This document shows positions 35,676 through 44,542 of a stretch of 64,000 nt of DNA, piece after piece; positions within the stretch are counted from its first letter, which is position 1; each line of letters opens with the position of its first letter. The notes under the pieces were generated by a model that was not told the origin of the DNA, ran no database searches, and worked only from the letters and a program-made list of their open reading frames with translations. The translations under genes and the position numbers were made by a program. This DNA comes from Bacteroidota bacterium. Its GTDB lineage: Bacteria > Bacteroidota > Bacteroidia > Bacteroidales > CAIXZF01. The stretch spans positions 44,535 through 108,534 of the forward strand of contig JAKLIX010000002.1 of the NCBI GenBank assembly GCA_022709385.1. The letters are read 5' to 3'.

Positions 35676-36143
35676 ATGTCGCGTACTGAAAATTTGGTTT
35701 CTGAACTTGTTGAAAAACATGGCAGAAGCAGAAACAGCCTGATGCCGATTCTGCAGGGAATCGTTCAGGAGGAGAGGTTTCTTTCCGAAGAAGCCATGAT
35801 AGAGATTGCCAGGGAACTGAACCTGTCGACCGCTGACGTTTTCGGAACTGCTTCTTTCTACACCTTTCTGGATACGGTTCCCAGGGGAAAAAACATCATC
35901 CGTGTCTGTAAGACCATTTCCTGCCATATGAAAGGCAAGGATGAGGTAATTGAAGCCCTCGAGGCGCTGCTGAAGATCAAGGTCGGGGAAACCACCCACG
36001 ACCGCAATTTCACCCTGCTTACAGCCAATTGCCTTGGCTGGTGTCATAAAGGTCCTGTGATGCTCATCAACGATGAGGTCTATCCTGAACTTACACCACA
36101 CAAGGCCTGTGAAATCCTTGAGGCATACATGAAAGCACAATAA
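35676..36143 (+). CDS. hydC: NuoE-like [2Fe-2S] subunit of trimeric [FeFe]-hydrogenase 1
   Basis: 155 aa, thioredoxin-like fold. Cys pattern VCKTISCHMKG ... ANCLGWCHKGPVMLIND. The second motif is atypical compared with the CLRCVGACGLAP of the paralog at 43067. Confidence 0.8.
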   Translation: MSRTENLVSELVEKHGRSRNSLMPILQGIVQEERFLSEEAMIEIARELNLSTADVFGTASFYTFLDTVPRGKNIIRVCKTISCHMKGKDEVIEALEALLKIKVGETTHDRNFTLLTANCLGWCHKGPVMLINDEVYPELTPHKACEILEAYMKAQ

Positions 36144-36180
36144 CCATTGAATCAGCTGTTTGAATATTAAAACGAGCAAC

Positions 36181-37347
36181 ATGGAAAAAAGAAATTTAAA
36201 GAAAGTCGATATAATTTTCGATATCAGCGAATGCGATTACCTGGCAGTTCTGGATAAGACCATCCTTCGGGATCCCGACGAAGTGATTCTGGATATCATT
36301 GATTCAGGTTTAAAAGGCCGTGGCGGTGCAGGCTTCCCTACCGGTTTAAAATGGAAGTTCACCAAAAACGAAGACAGCGAGATCAAGTATGTCATTTGCA
36401 ATGCAGATGAAGGAGAGCCGGGAACATTCAAAGACAGGGAGATCCTGGACAGGGTTCCCGAGAAGGTATTCACCGGTATGGCCATTTGCGGCTTTTGTAT
36501 CGGCGCAAAGGAAGGATACATCTACCTGAGGGGAGAATACAACTTTCTGCTGGAAGAGCTGAAAATGAAGATCGACCTGTTCAACAAGCAGATCAGGGAA
36601 AAAGGACTTGAATTCACCATCGGCATCCGTTCCGGAAGCGGCGCCTATATCTGCGGAGAAGAAAGCGCACTTTTCGAATCCATGGAGGGCTACCGCGGCG
36701 AACCCCGCAACAAACCGCCCTACCCCACTGTAGCCGGTTACAACTGGAAGCCCACCGTGATCAATAATGTGGAAACCCTGGTATATGTTTCGATGATCTG
36801 CCGCCTGGGACCGGATAAGTTTAAAGAACTGGGAACCAAAGATTCAAGAGGATCTAAAGTATTCTCCGTTTCCGGTGATACCCCCAGTGCCGGCATCTTT
36901 GAGCTGGAACTGGGTATGCCACTGAATGAGTTTGTGGAAGAATTCGGTGACGGAGACACCAAAGCCGTTCAGGTCGGGGGTGCTTCCGGACATTGCGTCC
37001 CGCGCAAGCAATTCAATGAAACCATCATCGGCTTCGAAGGAATTCCCACGGGAGGCTCCATGATGATCTTCAACAGCAGCCGTTCCATGTACAACGTACT
37101 TCATGATTACCTTGAATTCTTTACCGAAGAATCCTGCGGGCAGTGTACGCCCTGCCGGGTGGGCTGTCAGCAGTTACTCAAAGGAATTGAAGCAGTGAAA
37201 AAGGGAGAACGGAAACCGGCATACCTCGAAGAACTCAAAAAACTGGCCCTTACCATGAAAGTGGCAGCCAAGTGCGGACTTGGACAATCTGTAGCCAATC
37301 CCTTCAACTCCATCATCGACAATTTCCGTGAAGAAATCATTTACTAA
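36181..37347 (+). CDS. hydB: NuoF-like NAD(P)H/FMN subunit of [FeFe]-hydrogenase 1 (core only; lacks extra N- and C-terminal Fe-S domains)
   Basis: GLKGRGGAGFPTGLKW, ICNADEGEPGTFKDR, GSGAYICGEESALFESMEG, and N3-type cluster motif ESCGQCTPCRVG...AAKCGLGQS. The ATG at 36181 is preferred over the TTG at 36160. About 388 aa, vs 623 aa for the paralog. Confidence 0.85.
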   Translation: MEKRNLKKVDIIFDISECDYLAVLDKTILRDPDEVILDIIDSGLKGRGGAGFPTGLKWKFTKNEDSEIKYVICNADEGEPGTFKDREILDRVPEKVFTGMAICGFCIGAKEGYIYLRGEYNFLLEELKMKIDLFNKQIREKGLEFTIGIRSGSGAYICGEESALFESMEGYRGEPRNKPPYPTVAGYNWKPTVINNVETLVYVSMICRLGPDKFKELGTKDSRGSKVFSVSGDTPSAGIFELELGMPLNEFVEEFGDGDTKAVQVGGASGHCVPRKQFNETIIGFEGIPTGGSMMIFNSSRSMYNVLHDYLEFFTEESCGQCTPCRVGCQQLLKGIEAVKKGERKPAYLEELKKLALTMKVAAKCGLGQSVANPFNSIIDNFREEIIY

Positions 37348-37377
37348 TTCCTGCAAACCACTAAACATCATTCAGTT

Positions 37378-39171
37378 ATGAGTAAATATATGGTCAATCT
37401 CAAGATCAACAACATACCGGTGACTGTCGAAGAAGGCACCACCATCCTGGAAGCAGCCCGAAAATTGAACATCAGCATACCTACACTGTGTTACCACGAA
37501 GACCTGAGTGTGGCAGGCAACTGCCGGGTTTGCCTGGTTGAGGTGGCCGGTGCCAAAAACCTTGCCGCTTCCTGTGCAGCCCCGGTTTCCGAAGGGATGG
37601 AGGTAAATACCAACAGTAAAAATGTACGTACCTCCCGCAGACACGTTGTGGAATTATTGCTTTCAGAACACAATGCCGACTGTACCAAGTGCTTCAAAAA
37701 CGGCCACTGCGAATTGCAGGACCTGGCATCCGAGTACCGCATCGGCGATCATGTCTTTATCGACCTGGTGAAACCGCAGGATAAAGTCGTGGATATCTCC
37801 AGCCCTTCCATCCAGAAAGACGACAGCAAATGTATCCGCTGCCAGCGTTGTGTAAGGACCTGCAGTGAACTGCAAAGTGTCAGCGCCCTGGCAGTTTGCT
37901 ACAAAGGAGATCACCAACGGATTTCCACCTTTCTCAGCAAGCCTTTGCATGAAGTGGTTTGCACCAACTGCGGACAATGTGTGAACCGCTGTCCGACCGG
38001 TGCACTCACAGAGCGCACCTACATTGAAGAAGTATGGGATGCCATCAATGATCCCACCAAGCATGTGGTGGTTGAAACTGCACCGGCCGTGCGTGTCGCC
38101 CTCGGTGAAGACCTTGGAATCGAAACAGGTACCAGGGTTACGGGTAAGATGGTTTCCGCACTGCGTCATGTAGGTTTCGATTCCGTGCTTGATACCGACT
38201 TCACTGCTGACCTCACCATCCTCGAAGAAGGAAACGAACTGCTCAGAAGATTGAAGAAAGCCCTGGTGGAAAAGGATGAAACCGTCAGATTACCCATGTT
38301 CACTTCATGTTCCCCCGGATGGATCAAATTCATCGAGCATACCTACTCAGATTTCCTGCCGCACCTGTCGACCTGTAAATCACCCCAGCAGATGTTCGGC
38401 GCGCTGGCTAAAACCTATTACGCCCAGAAGAAGAACATCAATGCCAAAAATATGGTCGTAGTCTCCATCATGCCCTGTACTGCCAAGAAGTTTGAGTCCG
38501 GGCGACCCGAAATGCGCGACAGCGGTTATCAGGATGTGGATTATGTACTCACTACCAGAGAATTGGCCATGATGATCAAACAAGCCGGTATCGACTTCGC
38601 CAAGATGGAAGATACCGCCTATGATTCCATCATGGGTGATTCCACGGGTGCCGGCGTCATCTTCGGAAATACGGGAGGGGTCATGGAAGCCGCACTGCGT
38701 ACTGCCTATGAAGTGGTTACCGGAAGAGAAGTCCCCTTCGCAAACCTCAACATTGTCCCTGTCCGCGGCATGGAAGGCGTTAAAGAAGCCAAAGTCATGA
38801 TCAAAGACGTACTGCCTGAATGGAGCTTCCTGGAAGGCGTGGAACTCAGTGTGGCCATTGCCCATGGTCTGGCCAATGCGAATAAAGTGGTGCAGGCCGT
38901 CAGAGACGGAAAAGCCAGCTACCATTTCATCGAAATCATGGGTTGCCCCGGCGGATGTATCGGGGGTGGCGGCCAGCCAATTCCGACCAATCCGGAAATC
39001 AGGCAAAAACGTGCCGATGCCATCTATGCCGAAGACGAAGGCCTGCCCAAAAGAAAATCACATGATAATCCCGAGGTCCTTCACCTGTACAAGGAATTCC
39101 TCGGAGAACCCCTCGGACATAAATCTCACGACCTGCTACATACACACTACAAAGCCAGAAAGAGATACTAA
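37378..39171 (+). CDS. hydA: [FeFe]-hydrogenase catalytic subunit 1 (M3-type: 2Fe-2S + His-ligated 4Fe-4S + 2x4Fe-4S + H-domain) with variant L1 motif TSCSPGW
   Basis: N-terminal CYHEDLSVAGNCRVCLVEV; HNADCTKCFKNGHCELQ; CIRCQRCVRTC, CTNCGQCVNRCP. H-cluster motifs: L1 FTSCSPGW (38302-38322), L2 MPCTAKKFE, L3 EIMGCPGGCIGGGGQP. Confidence 0.9.
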   Translation: MSKYMVNLKINNIPVTVEEGTTILEAARKLNISIPTLCYHEDLSVAGNCRVCLVEVAGAKNLAASCAAPVSEGMEVNTNSKNVRTSRRHVVELLLSEHNADCTKCFKNGHCELQDLASEYRIGDHVFIDLVKPQDKVVDISSPSIQKDDSKCIRCQRCVRTCSELQSVSALAVCYKGDHQRISTFLSKPLHEVVCTNCGQCVNRCPTGALTERTYIEEVWDAINDPTKHVVVETAPAVRVALGEDLGIETGTRVTGKMVSALRHVGFDSVLDTDFTADLTILEEGNELLRRLKKALVEKDETVRLPMFTSCSPGWIKFIEHTYSDFLPHLSTCKSPQQMFGALAKTYYAQKKNINAKNMVVVSIMPCTAKKFESGRPEMRDSGYQDVDYVLTTRELAMMIKQAGIDFAKMEDTAYDSIMGDSTGAGVIFGNTGGVMEAALRTAYEVVTGREVPFANLNIVPVRGMEGVKEAKVMIKDVLPEWSFLEGVELSVAIAHGLANANKVVQAVRDGKASYHFIEIMGCPGGCIGGGGQPIPTNPEIRQKRADAIYAEDEGLPKRKSHDNPEVLHLYKEFLGEPLGHKSHDLLHTHYKARKRY

Positions 39172-39192
39172 TTACTCGTATGACGGAGAAGA

Positions 39193-39216
39193 GGACGGCC
39201 CCGGCTGTCCTTTTTT
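39193..39216 (+). terminator. Rho-independent terminator after hydA (operon 1)
   Basis: GGACGGCC..GGCTGTCC stem (one G-U pair) followed by TTTTTT at 39211-39216. Confidence 0.6.
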
Positions 39217-39243
39217 CTCTTTCGTATTGTTATTTTGTTAACA

Positions 39244-39261
39244 TTGTTAATAATTTCACAA
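39244..39261 (-). promoter_or_regulatory. Putative Crp/Fnr-type operator upstream of [FeFe]-hydrogenase operon 2
   Basis: The plus strand reads TTGTTAATAATTTCACAA. The reverse complement is TTGTGAAATTATTAACAA = TGTGA-N6-TAACA. Centre ~109 bp upstream of the ATG at 39361. Confidence 0.5.
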
Positions 39262-39360
39262 TAAAAATAATTTCTGTCTCGTTTGATGCATTACCTTTGC
39301 TTTATAAAGCAAGTGTTAGTACCAAAAGAAAATATTCAATAGATTGTAAATTAATAATTT

Positions 39361-41232
39361 ATGATAAGAATTGGGTCGATGGCAGCCTTGGAAGATATCC
39401 GAAAACAACTGCTACAGGAACAACAGACGAAACAACAGGAAAATCAGGTGGTGGTAAAAGTCGCCCTGGCTACCTGTGGCATTGCTTCCGGTGCCCGCGA
39501 TATCCTTCAGTTTTTTTCCGCTGAACTCGAAAAACGCAATATAGAAGCGGCTGTACTTCAGACAGGTTGTATGGGATACTGCTACGCCGAACCTACGGTT
39601 GAGGTCTGTCGACGGGGACAAGAACCAGTGATATTCGGGTATGTGGATGAAAAGCGGGCCGACGATATCATTGAAAACTATATCAAAAAAGGGGTGATGG
39701 TAGATGGCCTCATTCCGAAGAACTTCAGCACAGCCTGCCATTGTGAGCATGAGCCTCAGGCCGTACCGGAAAAAAGCAAACAGATCCGTATTGCATTGCG
39801 GAATTGCGGTGTAATCGACCCAGCCAGCATCGAAGACTATATCCTGCACGACGGTTACCATGCGCTCGCAGACGTACTGAACCGCATGACCCCCGAAGAA
39901 GCCATAGAGGAAGTCATTGCATCCGGCCTGAAAGGCAGGGGAGGCGGCGGATTCCTTACCGGTCAGAAGTGGAAACTCACCCGGCAAAGCCAGTCCGCTC
40001 AAAAATACGTTGTCTGTAATGCCGATGAAGGTGACCCCGGAGCCTTTATGGACCGTTCCATACTGGAAGGTGACCCCCATTCGGTGATCGAAGCCATGGC
40101 CATCTGCGCCTATTGTATCGGAGCCGGACAGGGTTTGGTTTATATCCGTGCGGAATATCCGCTGGCCATCGACCGCCTGCTCCATGCCATCGGCCAGGCA
40201 AGGGAGGCCGGACTGCTCGGCAGCCACATCCTCGGCACGGATTTTCACTTTGATATCAGCCTTCGCTATGGTGCGGGTGCCTTCGTCTGCGGTGAAGAAA
40301 CAGCCCTGATACATTCTATGGAAGGACACAGGGGCGAACCCACCGTAAAACCCCCCTTCCCCTCCGAAGCCGGTTACCTTGGCAAACCTACCAATGTGAA
40401 CAACGTGGAAACCTTTGCCTGCATCCCGCTAATCTTCCGTCTCGGCGCCGCATGGTTCAACACCATCGGAACAGCAAACTCCAAAGGAACCAAAGTCTTT
40501 GCCCTGGCAGGAAAAATCAATAAAGTCGGACTGGTGGAAGTCCCCATGGGAACTACCCTCAGGGATGTCATCTTCGATATCGGCGGCGGTATTCAGCACG
40601 ATAAACAGTTCAAGGCCGTTCAAACCGGCGGACCTTCCGGTGGATGCCTCACAGCAAAACACCTCGACACTCCCATCGACTACGAAAACCTCACCAAAGC
40701 CGGCTCCATGATGGGCTCAGGCGGAATGATCGTGATGGATGAAGACGATTGCATGGTGAGCGTCGCCAAATATTATCTCGACTTTACCGTGGAAGAATCC
40801 TGCGGAAAATGCTCACCCTGCAGGATCGGGAACAAAAGACTGCACGAAATCCTGGAAAAAATCACACGTGGAGAAGGCAGCATGGATGATCTGAATAAGC
40901 TGCGAAACCTCGCCCATGTGGTGAAGGAGACTTCGCTTTGCGGCCTCGGCCAGTCTTCCCCTAATCCTGTCCTCTCAACCATGGAAAACTTCTGGGAAGA
41001 ATACCTCGAGCACGTGAGCGATAAAAAATGCAGGGCAGGAGTGTGTAAAGCCATGATGAAATACTTTATCCTGGAAGAACACTGCGTCGGTTGCATGGCA
41101 TGCGCAAGAAATTGTCCGGTGAATGCCATCAGCGGCGAAAAGAAAATGCCCCATACCATCGACCAGTCCATCTGCATCAAATGCGGGGTATGCTTCGAGA
41201 AATGCAAATTCAATGCGATTGAAATACGCTGA
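39361..41232 (+). CDS. hydB: NuoF-like subunit of [FeFe]-hydrogenase 2 (full HydB/HndC architecture)
   Basis: N-terminal thioredoxin-like 2Fe-2S domain (ATCGIASGA...GCMGYCYAEP). GLKGRGGGGFLTGQKW, VCNADEGDPGAFMDR, GAGAFVCGEETALIHSMEG, ESCGKCSPCRIG...TSLCGLGQS. C-terminal 2x[4Fe-4S] (CVGCMACARNCP, CIKCGVCFEKC). Confidence 0.9.
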   Translation: MIRIGSMAALEDIRKQLLQEQQTKQQENQVVVKVALATCGIASGARDILQFFSAELEKRNIEAAVLQTGCMGYCYAEPTVEVCRRGQEPVIFGYVDEKRADDIIENYIKKGVMVDGLIPKNFSTACHCEHEPQAVPEKSKQIRIALRNCGVIDPASIEDYILHDGYHALADVLNRMTPEEAIEEVIASGLKGRGGGGFLTGQKWKLTRQSQSAQKYVVCNADEGDPGAFMDRSILEGDPHSVIEAMAICAYCIGAGQGLVYIRAEYPLAIDRLLHAIGQAREAGLLGSHILGTDFHFDISLRYGAGAFVCGEETALIHSMEGHRGEPTVKPPFPSEAGYLGKPTNVNNVETFACIPLIFRLGAAWFNTIGTANSKGTKVFALAGKINKVGLVEVPMGTTLRDVIFDIGGGIQHDKQFKAVQTGGPSGGCLTAKHLDTPIDYENLTKAGSMMGSGGMIVMDEDDCMVSVAKYYLDFTVEESCGKCSPCRIGNKRLHEILEKITRGEGSMDDLNKLRNLAHVVKETSLCGLGQSSPNPVLSTMENFWEEYLEHVSDKKCRAGVCKAMMKYFILEEHCVGCMACARNCPVNAISGEKKMPHTIDQSICIKCGVCFEKCKFNAIEIR

Positions 41233-41275
41233 TAACGTGATATTTAGAAATTATTTGAAGGATCAGGCAAAGAAT

Positions 41276-43048
41276 ATGGAACAGATAGCATTAACCATAG
41301 ACAATAAGAAACTGACGGTTGAGAAGGGAGTCACGATCCTGCAGGCGGCCCGCACGATCGGTATCGAGATACCCACCCTGTGTTATTTTAACCTGGGCGA
41401 CCTTCAGATAGAGAATAAACCGGGAGGATGCAGGATATGCGTCGTTGAGATTGAGGGCAGAAAAAACCTGGCACCGGCCTGCGTGACAGAATGCGCAACG
41501 GGCATGGTTGTCCATACCCACAACATTCGTGTGCTGAATGCCCGCCGTACGGTACTGGAACTCATCCTTTCCGACCATCCCTTCGATTGCCTGGTTTGTT
41601 CGAAATCAGGCGAATGCGAACTGCAGTCGCTTGCACAGAAATTCGGGATACGTGAGATCCACTACCAGGGTGAGAAATCGGTTTACCGTAAAGACACTTC
41701 TCCGGCCATCATCCGCGACATCGACAAATGCATCATGTGCAGGCGCTGCGAGATGATGTGCAATGATTTCCAGACCTGTGGCGTGCTTTCTGCCATTAAC
41801 CGGGGCTTCCAGTCGGTAGTGGCACCCGCCTTCGAGATGAACCTCGACCACTCCACCTGCACCTACTGCGGCCAGTGTGTTTCGGTTTGTCCCACAGGTG
41901 CATTGACCGAGCAGGATCATACCCGTTCCGTCCTCAATGCCCTGGCCGACCCCACGAAAACCGTGGTGGTTCAGACGGCGCCCGCCGTGAGGGCTGCCCT
42001 TGGGGAGGCATTCGGACTTCCTGCCGGCAGCCTGGTGACCGGTAAGATGGTGGCCGCCCTGCGCCAGCTTGGCTTTGATTATGTTTTTGATACCGACTTC
42101 GCCGCCGACCTGACCATCATGGAGGAAGGCAGCGAATTATTAGACCGTTTGACCCGCCACCTCAAGGGTGATCCCCATGTGAAACTGCCCATACTCACTT
42201 CCTGCTGCCCGGGCTGGGTCAACTTTTTTGAACACCACTTCCCCGAAATGATCGACATTCCCTCCACTGCCAAATCTCCACAACAAATGTTCGGGGCCGT
42301 GGCCAAGACCTATCTTGCAGATAAGATAGGGCTTAAACGTAAGGACCTTGTGGTCGTCTCCATCATGCCATGCCTGGCAAAAAAGTACGAATGCACCCGC
42401 GAGGAATTCAGCTCAGACGGAAATCCGGATGTAGACTATGCCCTTTCTACCCGTGAACTCGCCAACCTCATCAAACAGGCCAACATCGGATTCACCTCGC
42501 TCGAAGACGAAAACTTCGACGATCCGATGGGCGAATCCAGCGGTGCTGCCGTGATCTTCGGAACGACGGGCGGTGTCATCGAAGCAGCCGTCAGGACTGC
42601 CTATGAACTGCACACCGGCAAAGAACTGCCGAAACTCGACTTTGAAGAACTCCGCGGACTGGAATTTGTCCGTTCCGCGACGGTTGACTTCGATGGCCTG
42701 CCCATCCGGATCGGGATCGCTCACGGACTCGGAAATGCCCGTAAACTGCTCGAAGAGATCAAAGCCGGACGTTCCCGCTATCACGCCATTGAGATCATGG
42801 CCTGTCCGGGCGGATGCATCGGTGGAGGCGGCCAGCCTTACACGCACGGAGATATCAACATCCTGAAAGCCAGACAAAAAGCAATCTATGAGGAGGATAA
42901 ACGCAAGCCCCTCAGAAAATCACATGAGAATCCGTCCATTCAAAGGCTTTACGAAGAATTCCTGGGAACGCCGCTGGGTGAAATGTCGCACCACCTGCTG
43001 CATACCCATTACTTTGATAAAACCGGAGAAGTCATTATCAGTGAATAA
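41276..43048 (+). CDS. hydA: [FeFe]-hydrogenase catalytic subunit 2 (canonical H-cluster motifs)
   Basis: The ATG at 41276 gives MEQIALTIDNKKLTVEKG; the ORF-track start at 41123 overlaps hydB. CYFNLGDLQIENKPGGCRICVVEI; HPFDCLVCSKSGECELQ; CIMCRRCEMMC, CTYCGQCVSVCP. L1 LTSCCPGW, L2 MPCLAKKYE, L3 EIMACPGGCIGGGGQP. Confidence 0.9.
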   Translation: MEQIALTIDNKKLTVEKGVTILQAARTIGIEIPTLCYFNLGDLQIENKPGGCRICVVEIEGRKNLAPACVTECATGMVVHTHNIRVLNARRTVLELILSDHPFDCLVCSKSGECELQSLAQKFGIREIHYQGEKSVYRKDTSPAIIRDIDKCIMCRRCEMMCNDFQTCGVLSAINRGFQSVVAPAFEMNLDHSTCTYCGQCVSVCPTGALTEQDHTRSVLNALADPTKTVVVQTAPAVRAALGEAFGLPAGSLVTGKMVAALRQLGFDYVFDTDFAADLTIMEEGSELLDRLTRHLKGDPHVKLPILTSCCPGWVNFFEHHFPEMIDIPSTAKSPQQMFGAVAKTYLADKIGLKRKDLVVVSIMPCLAKKYECTREEFSSDGNPDVDYALSTRELANLIKQANIGFTSLEDENFDDPMGESSGAAVIFGTTGGVIEAAVRTAYELHTGKELPKLDFEELRGLEFVRSATVDFDGLPIRIGIAHGLGNARKLLEEIKAGRSRYHAIEIMACPGGCIGGGGQPYTHGDINILKARQKAIYEEDKRKPLRKSHENPSIQRLYEEFLGTPLGEMSHHLLHTHYFDKTGEVIISE

Positions 43049-43066
43049 ACCATAAAAGGAACCATC

Positions 43067-43552
43067 ATGTCACACATTAAAATACAGTTGAAAGAAGCAC
43101 AGGTGAACCAGTTGAAGGAGGTTTGCCGTTCATTTGACAACGATCCGGGTGAACTGATCAATGTTTTGCACAAAGCCCAGGGTATCTTCGGTTATCTTCC
43201 GGCAGAAGTGCAGGAGGTGGTCGCCAGGGAGCTTCAGCTGCCGGTGGCCAAAGTCTATGGTGTGGTCACCTTTTATTCCTTTTTCACCATGCAGCCCAAA
43301 GGCCTGCATCCCATTTCCATCTGCATGGGAACAGCCTGTTACGTGAGGGGAGCCGAGAAAGTGCTGGACGAGTTCAGACGCATCCTCAACATCAACGTGG
43401 GAGAAAGCACAGCGGACGGAAAGTTCTCCATTTCTTGCCTGCGCTGTGTAGGCGCCTGCGGCCTGGCACCCGTGGTTACCATAGGCGAAAAAGTCTACGG
43501 CCGTGTGTCTCCTGACGGGGTGAAGGACATTCTTAGGGAATATGAATTCTGA
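43067..43552 (+). CDS. hydC: NuoE-like [2Fe-2S] subunit of [FeFe]-hydrogenase 2
   Basis: 161 aa. ICMGTACYVRG ... CLRCVGACGLAPVVTIGE. Confidence 0.85.
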   Translation: MSHIKIQLKEAQVNQLKEVCRSFDNDPGELINVLHKAQGIFGYLPAEVQEVVARELQLPVAKVYGVVTFYSFFTMQPKGLHPISICMGTACYVRGAEKVLDEFRRILNINVGESTADGKFSISCLRCVGACGLAPVVTIGEKVYGRVSPDGVKDILREYEF

Positions 43553-43565
43553 ATAGTGTACTGAC

Positions 43566-43612
43566 ATAACCGAAAAATCTCATGAGAATTTTCGGTTATA
43601 TACGGGTTTTTT
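43566..43612 (+). terminator. Rho-independent terminator after [FeFe]-hydrogenase operon 2
   Basis: ATAACCGAAAA/TTTTCGGTTAT stem around the palindromic loop TCTCATGAGA, then ATACGGGTTTTTT. Confidence 0.65.
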
Positions 43613-43695
43613 AATATTCCGGTTAAATCAAATATGTACGAACTTTTATACCGACACTGCATGAGTTTGTAAAAAATGAAACCTTCTGCCGTGTC

Positions 43696-43750
43696 GGCAT
43701 GACTCATGCTAAGCAGCTTTGCATTCGCAAACCTGCCAAGCTTGAGTACA
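43696..43750 (+). repeat. Copy 3 of the ~55-nt hairpin repeat family
   Basis: GGCATGACTCATGCTAAGCAGCTTTGCATTCGCAAACCTGCCAAGCTTGAGTA. Relative to copy 1, the outer stem shows one compensatory change (A-T to G-C) and one mismatch. It lies between the operon-2 terminator and the Ni/Co transporter gene. Confidence 0.75.
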
Positions 43751-43828
43751 AAAGCAAGAATACCCGATTGGTAAGTAAGCATAACCCAAATTTCCCTTAC
43801 ATTTACGCCCTTCAAAACCCCCTGGTTC

Positions 43829-44542
43829 ATGTCCAGCGAATTCCTTATCCTTGCAGCCACTGCCGCCGGTCTCGGATTTATCCATACCATCACCGGGCCC
43901 GATCACTACCTGCCTTTTATTGCGATTTCGAAGACCAGGGAGTGGGGCATGGGTAAAACGCTTTGGTTTACCGCGCTCTGCGGTGCCGGACATATCCTGA
44001 GTTCCGTCCTTATCGGGCTGGCCGGGATCGCCCTGGGTATCGCACTGCATCAGCTTACATGGTTTGAATCGGTCAGGGGGAGCATCGTTTCCTGGCTGTT
44101 TACCGCGGCCGGACTGGTTTACCTGGTCTGGGGGCTGCGGAAAGCGATCAGGAACAAGCCCCATCATCACATTCACGGGCATCCCGACGGAACCGTGCAT
44201 ACACATACGCATATCCACCAGGACAATCATATGCACGTGCACGAAAAAGCGGAAAAGAAAAACGTCACACCCTGGGTGATCTTCATCCTCTTTTTCTTCG
44301 GACCCTGTGAGCCACTGATCCCGCTGGTAATGTATCCGGCCCTGAAAAACAATGTCCTCCACCTGGCAGGTGTCACGCTGATCTTCGGCCTGGTTACGAT
44401 AGGCACCATGATCGCCGTGGTCTTCGCGGCCATGCAGGGATTCCGTTTAATCAAACTCAAAGAATCGGAAAGGTATATGCATGCCATCATGGGCGGCACG
44501 CTTTTACTCTGCGGACTGGGAATGCTGGTGCTCGGGTTTTAG
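43829..44542 (+). CDS. Ni/Co transporter-like membrane protein (NicO/RcnA- or HupE/UreJ-like) with a central His-rich loop
   Basis: About 6 hydrophobic helices. First-helix motif FIHTITGPDHYLPF. Central loop HHHIHGHPDGTVHTHTHIHQDNHMHVHEK. FFFGPCEPLIP motif after the loop. Sits next to the hyp genes, overlapping the hypB 3' end by 4 nt (convergent). Confidence 0.6.
   Translation: MSSEFLILAATAAGLGFIHTITGPDHYLPFIAISKTREWGMGKTLWFTALCGAGHILSSVLIGLAGIALGIALHQLTWFESVRGSIVSWLFTAAGLVYLVWGLRKAIRNKPHHHIHGHPDGTVHTHTHIHQDNHMHVHEKAEKKNVTPWVIFILFFFGPCEPLIPLVMYPALKNNVLHLAGVTLIFGLVTIGTMIAVVFAAMQGFRLIKLKESERYMHAIMGGTLLLCGLGMLVLGF

Noticed and set aside
39292-39299. Bacteroidetes-type -7 promoter boxes TAnnTTTG (TACCTTTG at 39292-39299; TATTTTTG at 62549-62556)
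   Set aside because: The motif has only six fixed bases, so it is expected many times by chance in AT-rich intergenic DNA. I could not pair either box with a convincing -33 TTTG at the right spacing, so neither is reported as a feature.
43709-44362. 217-aa minus-strand ORF opposite the Ni/Co transporter gene
   Set aside because: It is the antisense shadow of the His-codon-rich region. The plus-strand product has a coherent TM-helix pattern and metal-transporter motifs.
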